Shown here: one piece after another, positions 44,527 to 53,376 of the stretch
Position numbering within the stretch: the first letter of the stretch is position 1
Layout of the letters: every line of letters starts with the position of its first letter
NCBI GenBank assembly: GCA_013151215.1
Contig: JAADIS010000129.1
Coordinates: 571-64,570, forward strand
Source of the DNA: Chlorobiota bacterium
Lineage (GTDB): Bacteria > Bacteroidota > Bacteroidia > Bacteroidales > F082
Length of the DNA stretch: 64,000 nucleotides
Direction: 5' to 3'
The notes under the pieces: generated by a model
Told to the model about the DNA's origin: nothing
Database searches by the model: none
What the model saw: the letters and a program-made list of their open reading frames with translations, nothing else
Program-made: the position numbers and the translations under genes

Positions 44527-46353
44527 ATGAAAAAAATAGTCGCCATAGTGTTTGTGCTGTTTATTGCCGTTCATTTAAACGGACAACAAAGGGCAAACGT
44601 ATGGTATTTCGGGGATCACGTTGGCATTGATTTCAGTTCCGGGGATCCGGTTGTTATCGAGGATGGTTCTATTTTTGCCAAAGCAGGATGCTCAAGCATC
44701 TGCGACAACAATGGGCAACTTTTGTTTTATACAAACGGGAACAAGGTCTGGAACAAAAACCATCAGTTAATGGCTAATGGCGATACCCTTAAGGGCAGCC
44801 AGCTTGTAAACCAAAACAGCGTCATCGTGCCAAAACCTTTATGCGATTCGCTCTATTATTTGTTCACCATAAACGATTACGACAGCCTAAGGGGCTTCAA
44901 TTATTCGATTATTAATATGAACAAAGAAAACGGCCTGGGCAAAATTGTTGAGAAAAACATTGAGGTAACAAAAAACCTCTTGGAGAAGATAGCAGCCATA
45001 AAACATTGCAACAATCTGGATTACTGGATAATAACTCATGGCTATAGTAATAACTTCTATGTTTATCAACTAGATGAAAACGGTTTTAACATCGACACAA
45101 TAAAGAGTAAAACAGGCTCTTCGCCAAAGGCCGATATCGGATATTTAAAAGTTTCGCCGGCAGGCAACAAAATTATAATGCCAATAAATAATGACACCGT
45201 TTTGGCTGAAATTTTCAATTTCAATAATAAAACAGGCAAAATTTCAAACCCGATTCAAATTCTTCAGCGCGCCAAAAACACTTATTGCTATGGTATAGAG
45301 TTTTCGCCAGACGGCAATTTATTATACATTTCAACGGGTGGTAAAAAGTATGAGATTGTTCAGTATCAAATAAATGACAATTCGTATGAGGAATTAAACA
45401 ATTCGGCTATCGTAATCGCAAATGGCAATAACTATGCCCTACAAATAGCCCCTGACGGGAAAATTTATGTTGCCAGCGAAAACCGTCCTGCCCTAAACAG
45501 AATTAACAAACCATGGCTTCGCGGGGAAGAATGCGCATTTGAGGAAAAAGCCATCGAATTTAATAAGGGTATTTCTTTGATGGGGCTTCCTAACTTTGTG
45601 CAAACATGGTTTTATAAAGCCGATTTCAGTTATCAAAACACATGCCTGGCCGATTCAACGAAATTTTCGTTTTACCAATTTGAAAATTTCGATTCGCTAT
45701 TTTGGGCTATCGACGCACCAAAGTACGCTCCCTCCCTTTCTTTCGACTCACCTACTGTTTATTATGTCTTTAAGGATACAGGAAACTATAATGTTTCTTT
45801 AAATGCCTGGCATTGTGGTATTAACGAAAGCGTTGCCAAGCAGGTCCAAATATTTCCTTATCCTATTTTAAATTTACCTGCCGACACCGGTATTTGTAAA
45901 AATTGCACTTTGTTGCTCGATGCCGGTGAAGGTTTCGATTCATATCTATGGAACAACGGCGAGCAAAAAAGATTTATAAATGTTTACGGCCAAGGTTGGT
46001 ATTCTGTTGAGGTAAGCAAAAACCGTTGCTTTTCCCTCGACTCGGTTTTTGTAAGCGAAGTGGAGCCAATTATTGCTCTGCCAAATGCATTTACGCCAAA
46101 CGGCGACGGGCTGAACGATGATTTTAGAATTGTCAACCCTCAAAAAGTTGTCGATTTCCATATATGGATACACGACCGAAGAGGATTGATTGTTTACGAC
46201 AGTCGTGATCCTTATCAGGCATGGGACGGTTTTTATGGCGGACAGCCATGCTACGGACAGTCTTATGTTTGGTATGTTGAATATAATTATTATGACGAGC
46301 ACAATCTCAAGGTCGGGGAAAAACAAAGAGGCTTGGTTAGCATAATTCGATAA
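44527..46353 (+). CDS. T9SS type-B cargo: propeller-like N-domain with a gliding-motility-associated C-terminal domain (CHU_C type)
   Basis: ATG 44527 gives MKKIVAIVFVLFIAVHLNGQ. The C-terminus LPNAFTPNGDGLNDDFRIV...WIHDRRGLIVYDS...WDGFYGGQP...YVWYVEY matches the type-B sorting domain. Confidence 0.85.
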   Translation: MKKIVAIVFVLFIAVHLNGQQRANVWYFGDHVGIDFSSGDPVVIEDGSIFAKAGCSSICDNNGQLLFYTNGNKVWNKNHQLMANGDTLKGSQLVNQNSVIVPKPLCDSLYYLFTINDYDSLRGFNYSIINMNKENGLGKIVEKNIEVTKNLLEKIAAIKHCNNLDYWIITHGYSNNFYVYQLDENGFNIDTIKSKTGSSPKADIGYLKVSPAGNKIIMPINNDTVLAEIFNFNNKTGKISNPIQILQRAKNTYCYGIEFSPDGNLLYISTGGKKYEIVQYQINDNSYEELNNSAIVIANGNNYALQIAPDGKIYVASENRPALNRINKPWLRGEECAFEEKAIEFNKGISLMGLPNFVQTWFYKADFSYQNTCLADSTKFSFYQFENFDSLFWAIDAPKYAPSLSFDSPTVYYVFKDTGNYNVSLNAWHCGINESVAKQVQIFPYPILNLPADTGICKNCTLLLDAGEGFDSYLWNNGEQKRFINVYGQGWYSVEVSKNRCFSLDSVFVSEVEPIIALPNAFTPNGDGLNDDFRIVNPQKVVDFHIWIHDRRGLIVYDSRDPYQAWDGFYGGQPCYGQSYVWYVEYNYYDEHNLKVGEKQRGLVSIIR

Positions 46354-46366
46354 CAAATAAGGTATT

Positions 46367-48421
46367 TTGAAATATTTATTTTACATATCGCTGATTATCT
46401 GCTTATTAGCAAGAACATCCGATGCTCAGGAATTTCCTGTGGCCACAGATGATTATGCAGATGCCGAACTTGGGCAAACCATAAGCTTAAATGTTACCGC
46501 CAACGATTACCACCCTCAGAATATAAAGTTTAAGGTTTTTGTGGCCCCCGGGTCTTTATCGTTTACCGACAGCAGCATTAGTTATAAAATTGATTACGAA
46601 CTTTATTATAATATTGAAGACAGCTTGTCGTTTACATATACCATTATCGATGAAAACAACAATACCAGTTATGAGTCGATCGCAAAAGTTCATCTTAATA
46701 TATTGAACAATAATTATTTCGGTTTTCTGGACATCAACAACATAAGGGCGAGGGTTCAGGCTAGTGGAAGTCAGTTTTACAGAGGTCAGGTGGCCGGCGA
46801 AGAAAACTCAAAAACCAATATTTATGAGTTTCCGGCAGATAGCGGGAAAATGACGATTTTTAATTCTACTATTTGGTTTGGCGCTCTCGACGAAGATGAA
46901 AAACTGCACGTTTCGGCGGAAAGGTTCAGGCAAAACGGTATTGATTATTGGCCTGGCCCCATAAGTTCAAGTCAAGATGAAATGAGTATCGACACGGCAA
47001 CAGTTGTGAAATGGCAAAAGGTTTGGAAAGTTTCAAGCCAGGAAATAGTTTATCACAAAAATCATTTTAATGATGCCAACTATATTATTCCCGACGATAT
47101 CTTAAATTGGCCCGCTCAGGGCGATGAGAGCATAAATCAACAAAAATATCTGGCTCCTTTTGTCGATGTTGACAACAATGGGATTTACCAAGCCTCCAAA
47201 GGCGATTATCCATTAATCAGGGGAGATGAATGTATATATTTTATCATCAATGATTTACGTGCTCATGGGGAAAGCGGTGGCGACTCGCTGGGAATAGAAA
47301 TCCACGCAATGGCTTATGCATTTAATTCGCAGCAACCGGCATTTAAAAACGCTATCTTTTATTCGTATAGGGTTTTTAACCGCTCAAACCACGATTATCA
47401 TGATGTTTTTGTCGGTCTGCATACCGACTTCGACATCGGTTATGCCTGGGACGATTTTGTTGGTTGCGACGTAAAACGAGCTACTTTTTATGCCTACAAC
47501 GGCGATAGCATCGACGGGACGACCAATAACGAGCCCGAGGCCTATGAAAATGATATTCCCGCACAAGGAGTTACCATTTTAGGCGGCCCCCGCATGAACG
47601 CCAACAACATAGATGACGATGACGATAATTGCGACGAAGGGATAAACGGAATTGGTTTTGGCGACGGCATTGTTGATAACGAAAGATTGGGGATGTCGAA
47701 ATTTTTGTGGTATGGGAATTCTACCGGCGGAGTAAACGGGGATCCGGTTACCGATGTTGATTATTATAATTACCTGAAAGCCGTCTGGAAGGACGGAACG
47801 GCAATGGAGTATGGCGGCAACGGGCATTTTAGCAGCGGTGCCTACGGGCCGGCGGCGAATTTCATGTTTCCCGGCTTGAGCGACCCATGCTATTGGGGAA
47901 CTGAGGGCGAGGAGCCTTATGGCCCTGTTGACTGGACTGAAATCAGTGCCCAAAACACTCCTGGCGACAGAAGGGGACTGGCTTCGATTGGCCCCTTTGA
48001 TTTAAGGTCGGCGGATTATATGAAAATTGATATTGCCTATGTTTCGTCGTTTGCCCTGGATGGCGAAACAGCAGTTGCGAGCATGCTGAACAAAGTTGAC
48101 GTGATTAGAGCCGAATACCTTAAAAACTCGGATTATTTTGGCTACCAATGGTTGGGGACCGATGAGGAGGCGATAAGCAGCGAACCTTCGTTAACAATGT
48201 TTCCTAATCCTGTTTTGAATATCTTGAACATAAAACTTAACACTTTCAAAAAGCATGCTTTTGAATATTTCGTTTTCGATATCGGCGGAAGGCTCGTATT
48301 AAGCGGAAAAGGCGAAGAAGGTATTTCAAAAATCGATGTTTCCGGTCTCGATAGAGGCGTCTATATTTTAAAAATACCCTTGAGCAATAAAAATATCAAT
48401 CAAAAGTTTATGAAATATTGA
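46367..48421 (+). CDS. T9SS type-A cargo protein of unknown function (N-terminal Ig/cadherin-like module, large central domain)
   Basis: 684 aa with a TTG start at 46367, 13 nt after the previous stop. The signal peptide is MKYLFYISLIICLLARTSDAQ, followed by VATDDYADAELGQTISLNVTANDY. The C-terminus is LTMFPNPVLNILNIK...GVYILKIPL. Confidence 0.78.
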   Translation: MKYLFYISLIICLLARTSDAQEFPVATDDYADAELGQTISLNVTANDYHPQNIKFKVFVAPGSLSFTDSSISYKIDYELYYNIEDSLSFTYTIIDENNNTSYESIAKVHLNILNNNYFGFLDINNIRARVQASGSQFYRGQVAGEENSKTNIYEFPADSGKMTIFNSTIWFGALDEDEKLHVSAERFRQNGIDYWPGPISSSQDEMSIDTATVVKWQKVWKVSSQEIVYHKNHFNDANYIIPDDILNWPAQGDESINQQKYLAPFVDVDNNGIYQASKGDYPLIRGDECIYFIINDLRAHGESGGDSLGIEIHAMAYAFNSQQPAFKNAIFYSYRVFNRSNHDYHDVFVGLHTDFDIGYAWDDFVGCDVKRATFYAYNGDSIDGTTNNEPEAYENDIPAQGVTILGGPRMNANNIDDDDDNCDEGINGIGFGDGIVDNERLGMSKFLWYGNSTGGVNGDPVTDVDYYNYLKAVWKDGTAMEYGGNGHFSSGAYGPAANFMFPGLSDPCYWGTEGEEPYGPVDWTEISAQNTPGDRRGLASIGPFDLRSADYMKIDIAYVSSFALDGETAVASMLNKVDVIRAEYLKNSDYFGYQWLGTDEEAISSEPSLTMFPNPVLNILNIKLNTFKKHAFEYFVFDIGGRLVLSGKGEEGISKIDVSGLDRGVYILKIPLSNKNINQKFMKY

Positions 48422-48490
48422 ACCGGGCAAAAGATAAAATCGCTGATCAGCCTGCTGGTTAATCAATACTTTGATAAGTATGCTAATTTG

Positions 48491-48522
48491 AACCTGTTGT
48501 TATATGAACAACAGGTTTTTTT
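48491..48522 (+). terminator. Rho-independent terminator closing the sigma/T9SS-cargo operon
   Basis: 11-bp perfect stem aacctgttgtt/aacaacaggtt with a 5-nt loop, running into a T7 tract. Confidence 0.85.
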
Positions 48523-48725
48523 GCTTTTGATTGTAATTCAACGAAACCACCCAATATTTTAATGTCTTTGGAAGAAATGCTTGTCAAATGACACACTTAA
48601 ACTTTTTGTCAAAAGCCAGACAACTAATTTTTCTATTGTCCCGTCTGCTATTAAAGTTCATCATTAATCTTAATTAAAACCCGATATTGATTTTGTGCTT
48701 TAATTAAATTTTCCTTTTTATTTAA

Positions 48726-48758
48726 AAAGTTTGTTGCAGCCCCCAGGCAACAAACTTT
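48726..48758 (-). terminator. Terminator hairpin for rnhA (overlaps its stop codon)
   Basis: 12-bp perfect stem aaagtttgttgc/gcaacaaacttt with a 9-nt loop. U-rich tracts are present on both strands. Confidence 0.6.
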
Positions 48759-49384
48759 TATTTTCTGCCGTAATCGGCGGGTATCTCGCCCCATTCGCGG
48801 GTGGGCCATTTAAGTATCTTATTGTTGTAAGTGTTTTCCCCCAGCCATTTCAATGCGCCGTGAACGGCCTGTAAAAGGTCTTTGTTTTCATCAGTCCATT
48901 CTAGCTTAGTGTTTACGTTCTTCTTTTTTATCCATGCAATTGCTGTTCTCGAGTCAGTATATATGGGATAGTCGAGATTGTGTTTTTTAAGCCATGCCAA
49001 ACCTAATACTATGGCCAAAAACTCACCTATGTTCACTGTTCCCATCTTATAGGGGCCCCTTTTGAAAAGTGGTGTCCTGGTTTCGGTATAAACTCCCTGG
49101 AATTCAAGCGTTCCCGGATTTCCAGCACAAGCGGCATCAACGGAAATGCTCGGTAAAACCGGTTTTTCCTTTGTCTTTAGCTCCAATAGGTTTTTCTTGC
49201 CTTTTAATTGGGCAATCTCCCAGAAAGACTTCGAGTAGGCTAGTTGGGCATCATCCAATGAAGCAAAGGATTTATACTGGGCACCATCGAAGCCATGGAC
49301 TTGTTTTTTACAATCGTCCCAACTAGCATAAATACCCGGCTTTTTGCCTTGCCAGACTACATAATATTTTCGTTTTTTTACCAT
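48758..49384 (-). CDS. rnhA: Ribonuclease HI with an N-terminal hybrid-binding (Cauli_VI-like) domain
   Basis: 208 aa. The N-terminus YYVVWQGKKPGIYASWDDCKKQVHGFDGAQYKSFASLDDA is an HBD. The C-terminus has VDAACAGNPG, GEFLAIVLGL and YTDSRTAIAW, which carry the RNase H catalytic D/E/D residues. Confidence 0.87.
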   Translation of the reverse strand: MVKKRKYYVVWQGKKPGIYASWDDCKKQVHGFDGAQYKSFASLDDAQLAYSKSFWEIAQLKGKKNLLELKTKEKPVLPSISVDAACAGNPGTLEFQGVYTETRTPLFKRGPYKMGTVNIGEFLAIVLGLAWLKKHNLDYPIYTDSRTAIAWIKKKNVNTKLEWTDENKDLLQAVHGALKWLGENTYNNKILKWPTREWGEIPADYGRK

Positions 49385-49474
49385 TTATCTATAAGAGCAA
49401 AGCATGCTTCTATGATTATAAGACATCCCCAAAATTAAGATTATCGTGGTTTTATTCAAGTTGAGCGCCAATAA

Positions 49475-50860
49475 TTACTTTTGTTCGCGTTCTTTCCACA
49501 TTTGGCTAAAGGATTTAGGTGCCAGCACAGGGAATTCGCGTCGGGGTCCCCAGGCTTTTCCGGCAAGTTTTTTCCCCAGGAAGTTTTTTGTGGAGCCACT
49601 TGTCATATCAAGTAATTTTCTGGAGCCCAGTACAATACTTGCCCATTTATTGGCTTGTTTTTCGATAAAATCAGGAATGTTGCGGTTCACAGCATCATTT
49701 CTGTTTATCAACAATAAATCGTGGAGCGGGATTTTTACCGGGCAAACGCTAGTACAGTTTCCGCAAAGCGAAGATGCATAGCTTAAATGATTATACGATC
49801 CGAAATCTTTTAAATATGGTGTGATCACGGCTCCTATAGGCCCGCTATAAGTTGTGTTATAAGCATGGCCTCCTATATTTTTATATACCGGGCATGAGTT
49901 TAAGCATGCACCGCACCTGATACAAGACAATGCCTGCCGTTGCTTTTCCTGCGCCAGCAAATTAGATCTTCCGTTATCGAGAAGTATTATGTACATTTCC
50001 TCGGGTCCGTCTTTTTCCCCATCGGAAGCCGGCCCGCTGATTATCGAATTATAAGCGGTCATATATTGGCCGGTTCCGTGAGTGGCCAGCATCGGCCAAA
50101 ACAAATCGATATCCTCCAGGTTGGGAATGATTTTCTCTATGCCTGAAATGGCTATGTGTATTTTAGGGAACGACATCGAAAGCATGGCATTTCCTTCGTT
50201 TTCCGTTACGGCGATCGATCCGGTATCCGCGATCAAAAAATTGGCTCCGCTGACGCCCAGGTCAGCGTCGATGAATTTTTTTCGTAGGTAATCACGTGTA
50301 TAAAGAGTTAGCTCCTCAGGGCTCATATTTGGTTTCAGATCGAATTTCTCGGTATATAATTCGGCTATGTCTTCTTTAGACATGTGCATTGCGGGCGTAA
50401 CTATATGATATGGTTTTTGTCCGGCCTTTTGAACTATAAACTCGCCCAGATCCGTTTCCTGCGAATCGACGCCTATTTTTTCAAGGGCCTTGTTGAGTTC
50501 TATTTCCTCCGTAATCATGCTTTTCGATTTCACCATTTTGCCCAAAGCATGTTTCTTTACAATCTTCTTTATCTCGCTTATAGCCTCGGCAGCATCCCTG
50601 GCCCAAATAATCTTACCTCCGTTCTTGATAAAATTATCCTCGAATTCAATTAAATATTTATCAAGGTCGTTTATAATCTTGTATTTCAGATAGCCTGCCC
50701 TGTTCCTTGCAAGTTCGAGGTCTTTGTATATAGACTTCCCTTTTGCAACAGCATTGTCGTAGCGCGAAATATTAAATTTGATTTTGGCACGGTGAGTTTT
50801 GTCGAAACTTATTTTTTCGGACGCCTTTAAAAACTCTATTTTCTCAGCACTTGCTTTCAC
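49475..50860 (-). CDS. lutB: LutB/LldF-type iron-sulfur protein (LUD domain + 2x 4Fe-4S ferredoxin motif)
   Basis: 461 aa with CIRCGACLNSCPVY and CGNCTSVCPVKIP. The length and N-terminal organisation are as in lactate-utilisation protein B. No lutA or lutC lies adjacent. Confidence 0.72.
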   Translation of the reverse strand: MKASAEKIEFLKASEKISFDKTHRAKIKFNISRYDNAVAKGKSIYKDLELARNRAGYLKYKIINDLDKYLIEFEDNFIKNGGKIIWARDAAEAISEIKKIVKKHALGKMVKSKSMITEEIELNKALEKIGVDSQETDLGEFIVQKAGQKPYHIVTPAMHMSKEDIAELYTEKFDLKPNMSPEELTLYTRDYLRKKFIDADLGVSGANFLIADTGSIAVTENEGNAMLSMSFPKIHIAISGIEKIIPNLEDIDLFWPMLATHGTGQYMTAYNSIISGPASDGEKDGPEEMYIILLDNGRSNLLAQEKQRQALSCIRCGACLNSCPVYKNIGGHAYNTTYSGPIGAVITPYLKDFGSYNHLSYASSLCGNCTSVCPVKIPLHDLLLINRNDAVNRNIPDFIEKQANKWASIVLGSRKLLDMTSGSTKNFLGKKLAGKAWGPRREFPVLAPKSFSQMWKEREQK

Positions 50861-50868
50861 CTCTTGTC

Positions 50869-51321
50869 TTATTTAATTATCTTATTTATTTTCTCTACCC
50901 TCCTGATGTGCCGCCCTCCCTCGAATTCAGTGTTTAAGAATGCTTTTGTCATTTCCCATCCCTCTTCAAAGCTTACGAATCTACCTGGTATCGAAATAAT
51001 ATTTGCATCGTTATGCCTACGTATCAACTGTGCCTGCTCAACGTTCCAGCATAAACCTGCCCTTACATTTGCATACTTATTGGCTGTAATCTGGGCTCCG
51101 TTTCCGCTTCCGCACATAATAATGCCTCTTTTTATGTCGCCATCGTTTATGGCCTTGGCTGCAGGATGTATCATATCGGGATAATCTACGCTTTCACCGG
51201 TAAAACAACCGAAGTCTTTTATTTCATATCCCTCTGCAACCAATAGTTTCTTTATGTATTCCTTCATCTCGAAACCTCCATGATCGGAGGCCATAGCCAA
51301 AACTCTGCCACTTTCTTTCAT
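50869..51321 (-). CDS. rpiB: Ribose-5-phosphate isomerase B
   Basis: 150 aa with MASDHGGFEMKEYI, IIMCGSGNGAQITANK and RHNDANIISIPGRF. Confidence 0.92.
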   Translation of the reverse strand: MKESGRVLAMASDHGGFEMKEYIKKLLVAEGYEIKDFGCFTGESVDYPDMIHPAAKAINDGDIKRGIIMCGSGNGAQITANKYANVRAGLCWNVEQAQLIRRHNDANIISIPGRFVSFEEGWEMTKAFLNTEFEGGRHIRRVEKINKIIK

Positions 51322-51660
51322 TGTTGATAATTTAAGGAAGCAAAATTAAACAAATATAGCCGACAGCATCAAACATCTTGAAAACTAATAGTTTTAAATT
51401 TGAATCAATATCCGATTTATTTCTAATCGGTTATAACACAGATGTTTATTTTTTATCAAACATATAATGTTAATATCACGTTTTTAATGTTAGCAAAAAG
51501 TGTACAAATACCGGTTTATCAACAATGATGAAACACCCCTTTTCCGAATTGACCAAATATGGCTTTTTTATAAATACTTATTGTTCCGAAATCAACAGTC
51601 AATATTGCATAAAACCTTTTTTTTTATCAACATTCCTTTAATAATAAATATTGTTGATCA
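51322..51660. promoter_or_regulatory. Cluster of TTATCAACA boxes in the AT-rich rpiB/nadA divergent intergenic region
   Basis: Exact copies lie at 51322..51330 (reverse), 51516..51524 and 51624..51632. Near-copies lie at 51652..51660 (TGTTGATCA, reverse, forming a 7-bp inverted repeat with the 51624 copy) and 51453..51461 (TTATCAAAC). Confidence 0.5.
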
Positions 51661-51845
51661 AGTTGTAATTAATTGATGTTCACTAAATTATTCGGTAACT
51701 AGTTGTTAATAATTTCTTTATAAAATACATTTTATTAATAATCAAAATTTATGGCTATAAACTTATTGCAGCTGTTAACAGGATAATAATAACAATATAT
51801 TTTTAATTTAAATAATTATTTATTGTTATACATCTTTGTTAATAC

Positions 51846-51853
51846 TATTTTTG
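51846..51853 (+). promoter_or_regulatory. Bacteroidota -7 promoter box (TAnnTTTG) for nadA
   Basis: tatttttg lies 34 nt upstream of the nadA ATG. Confidence 0.35.
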
Positions 51854-51887
51854 AAGTTCGAAATATCAAAATTTGAACTTGTTATAA

Positions 51888-52823
51888 ATGGACTACAAAA
51901 ATAAGATTCTTAAATTAAAAAAAGAGAAAAACGCCATTATTCTGGCGCATTATTATCAGGTTCCGGAAATTCAGGATATCGCTGATTATATAGGCGACAG
52001 TCTTGGCCTGGCACAAAAAGCAGCTGAATCGGATGTAGATTATATTGTTTTTGCCGGCGTTCATTTTATGGCAGAAACGGCAAAAATGCTAAACCCCGGC
52101 ATTCCCGTCTTATTGCCTGATTTAGAGGCAGGATGTTCGTTGGCAGACTCTTGTCCGTTGGATAAGTTCAGGGAGTTCAAGGAAAAATACCCTGATCATT
52201 TGGTTATTTCGTATATAAACACCTCTGCTGCAATAAAAACAGAGACCGATATTGTTTGCACTTCAGGGAATGCTGTTCAAATAGTGGAATCCTTGCCTGA
52301 GGAGCAAAAGATAATTTTTGCCCCTGATAAAAATTTAGGTTCTTATATCAACAATATCACTGGTCGTAACATGGTGCTTTGGGACGGAAGCTGTGAAGTG
52401 CACGATATACTCTCAACGGAGGCAATTTTCAAAATGAGGGAAGAAAACCCTGCTGCCAAACTTGTTGCGCATCCCGAGTGCAATGCCCCGGTGCTGGAGC
52501 TTGCCGATTTTATAGGATCCACTACTGCCATGCTCAAATTTACGCAAAGCGATAGTTCACAGAAGTTCATTGTTGCCACCGAAAGCGGGATATTGCATCA
52601 AATGCGGAAAAACTCGCCCAATAAGGAATTTTTGATCGTGCCTTCGGATGAAACATGCTCGTGCAACGATTGCCCGTATATGAAATTGAATACGATGGAA
52701 AAACTTTATTCGGCTTTGCTGAATGAAAAACCTTCCATATCTTTAGACGCTGAAATAATTGAACAGGCTGTGAAGCCCATCCAACGGATGTTGGATATTT
52801 CAAAAAAATTGAATTTGATATAA
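51888..52823 (+). CDS. nadA: Quinolinate synthase
   Basis: 311 aa with NAIILAHYYQVPEIQDIADYIGDSL, VHFMAETAK, HPEC and three conserved Cys regions. Confidence 0.95.
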   Translation: MDYKNKILKLKKEKNAIILAHYYQVPEIQDIADYIGDSLGLAQKAAESDVDYIVFAGVHFMAETAKMLNPGIPVLLPDLEAGCSLADSCPLDKFREFKEKYPDHLVISYINTSAAIKTETDIVCTSGNAVQIVESLPEEQKIIFAPDKNLGSYINNITGRNMVLWDGSCEVHDILSTEAIFKMREENPAAKLVAHPECNAPVLELADFIGSTTAMLKFTQSDSSQKFIVATESGILHQMRKNSPNKEFLIVPSDETCSCNDCPYMKLNTMEKLYSALLNEKPSISLDAEIIEQAVKPIQRMLDISKKLNLI

Positions 52824-52832
52824 TTTAATACT

Positions 52833-53366
52833 ATGAACAAAAAAATATTGTTTCCGGTTTTTTTTATCCTCGTATTTGTTCTTGGCGCATGCAACTCGAC
52901 AATTTATTTTACTCAGGACATGCGGGAAAACCTGAATGATAGCAGGTTGAACGTTAAAGACGTGCAATTTTACAATAGCCGCAAACTTGTATTAAAACGC
53001 AATTTAACTTATGATGAGACCAAAATAGCAAGAGGGGAGATAAAATTCGAGAACGGGCAATATGTAGAAGAAATAATAATACCGAAAAACACTCCTGGCG
53101 TTGCCGTTGACTATAGTGGCCGTCGTATCGACGTGGCTTTCGAAAAAGGCTTCAACCGCGATTTGAAATTTATATTGAACGATGAGGATTTATATCAAAT
53201 CACGGCTCTTTCGTGGCAGGACGATTACGGCAAGGTTAAATACGATACCTTGATTTATTATATGGAACCCGGCAGCGACAAGGCCGTGCTAAAAGTGAAA
53301 AAAGACAATATTTACAATTTTCAAAAGAAAAAACGTATTGTTAAAGGTAGAATTGTCGGTAATTAA
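52833..53366 (+). CDS. Hypothetical lipoprotein
   Basis: 177 aa with a lipobox FILVFVLGAC. It lies 9 nt after nadA. No family was recognised. Confidence 0.6.
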   Translation: MNKKILFPVFFILVFVLGACNSTIYFTQDMRENLNDSRLNVKDVQFYNSRKLVLKRNLTYDETKIARGEIKFENGQYVEEIIIPKNTPGVAVDYSGRRIDVAFEKGFNRDLKFILNDEDLYQITALSWQDDYGKVKYDTLIYYMEPGSDKAVLKVKKDNIYNFQKKKRIVKGRIVGN

Positions 53367-53376
53367 AATATCTTAA

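Noticed and set aside
51516-51560. Possible class-I NAD+ riboswitch (nadA motif) upstream of nadA: CAACA...ACACCCC is reminiscent of the conserved CAACANCCCC bulge.
   Set aside because: The match is split by 9 nt, and I could not draw the flanking P1/P1a stems or the second tandem domain. The element would lie more than 320 nt from the ATG, and the motif is known mainly from Acidobacteria. It is kept only as an alternative under the 51322..51887 finding. An Infernal scan with RF03013 would decide.
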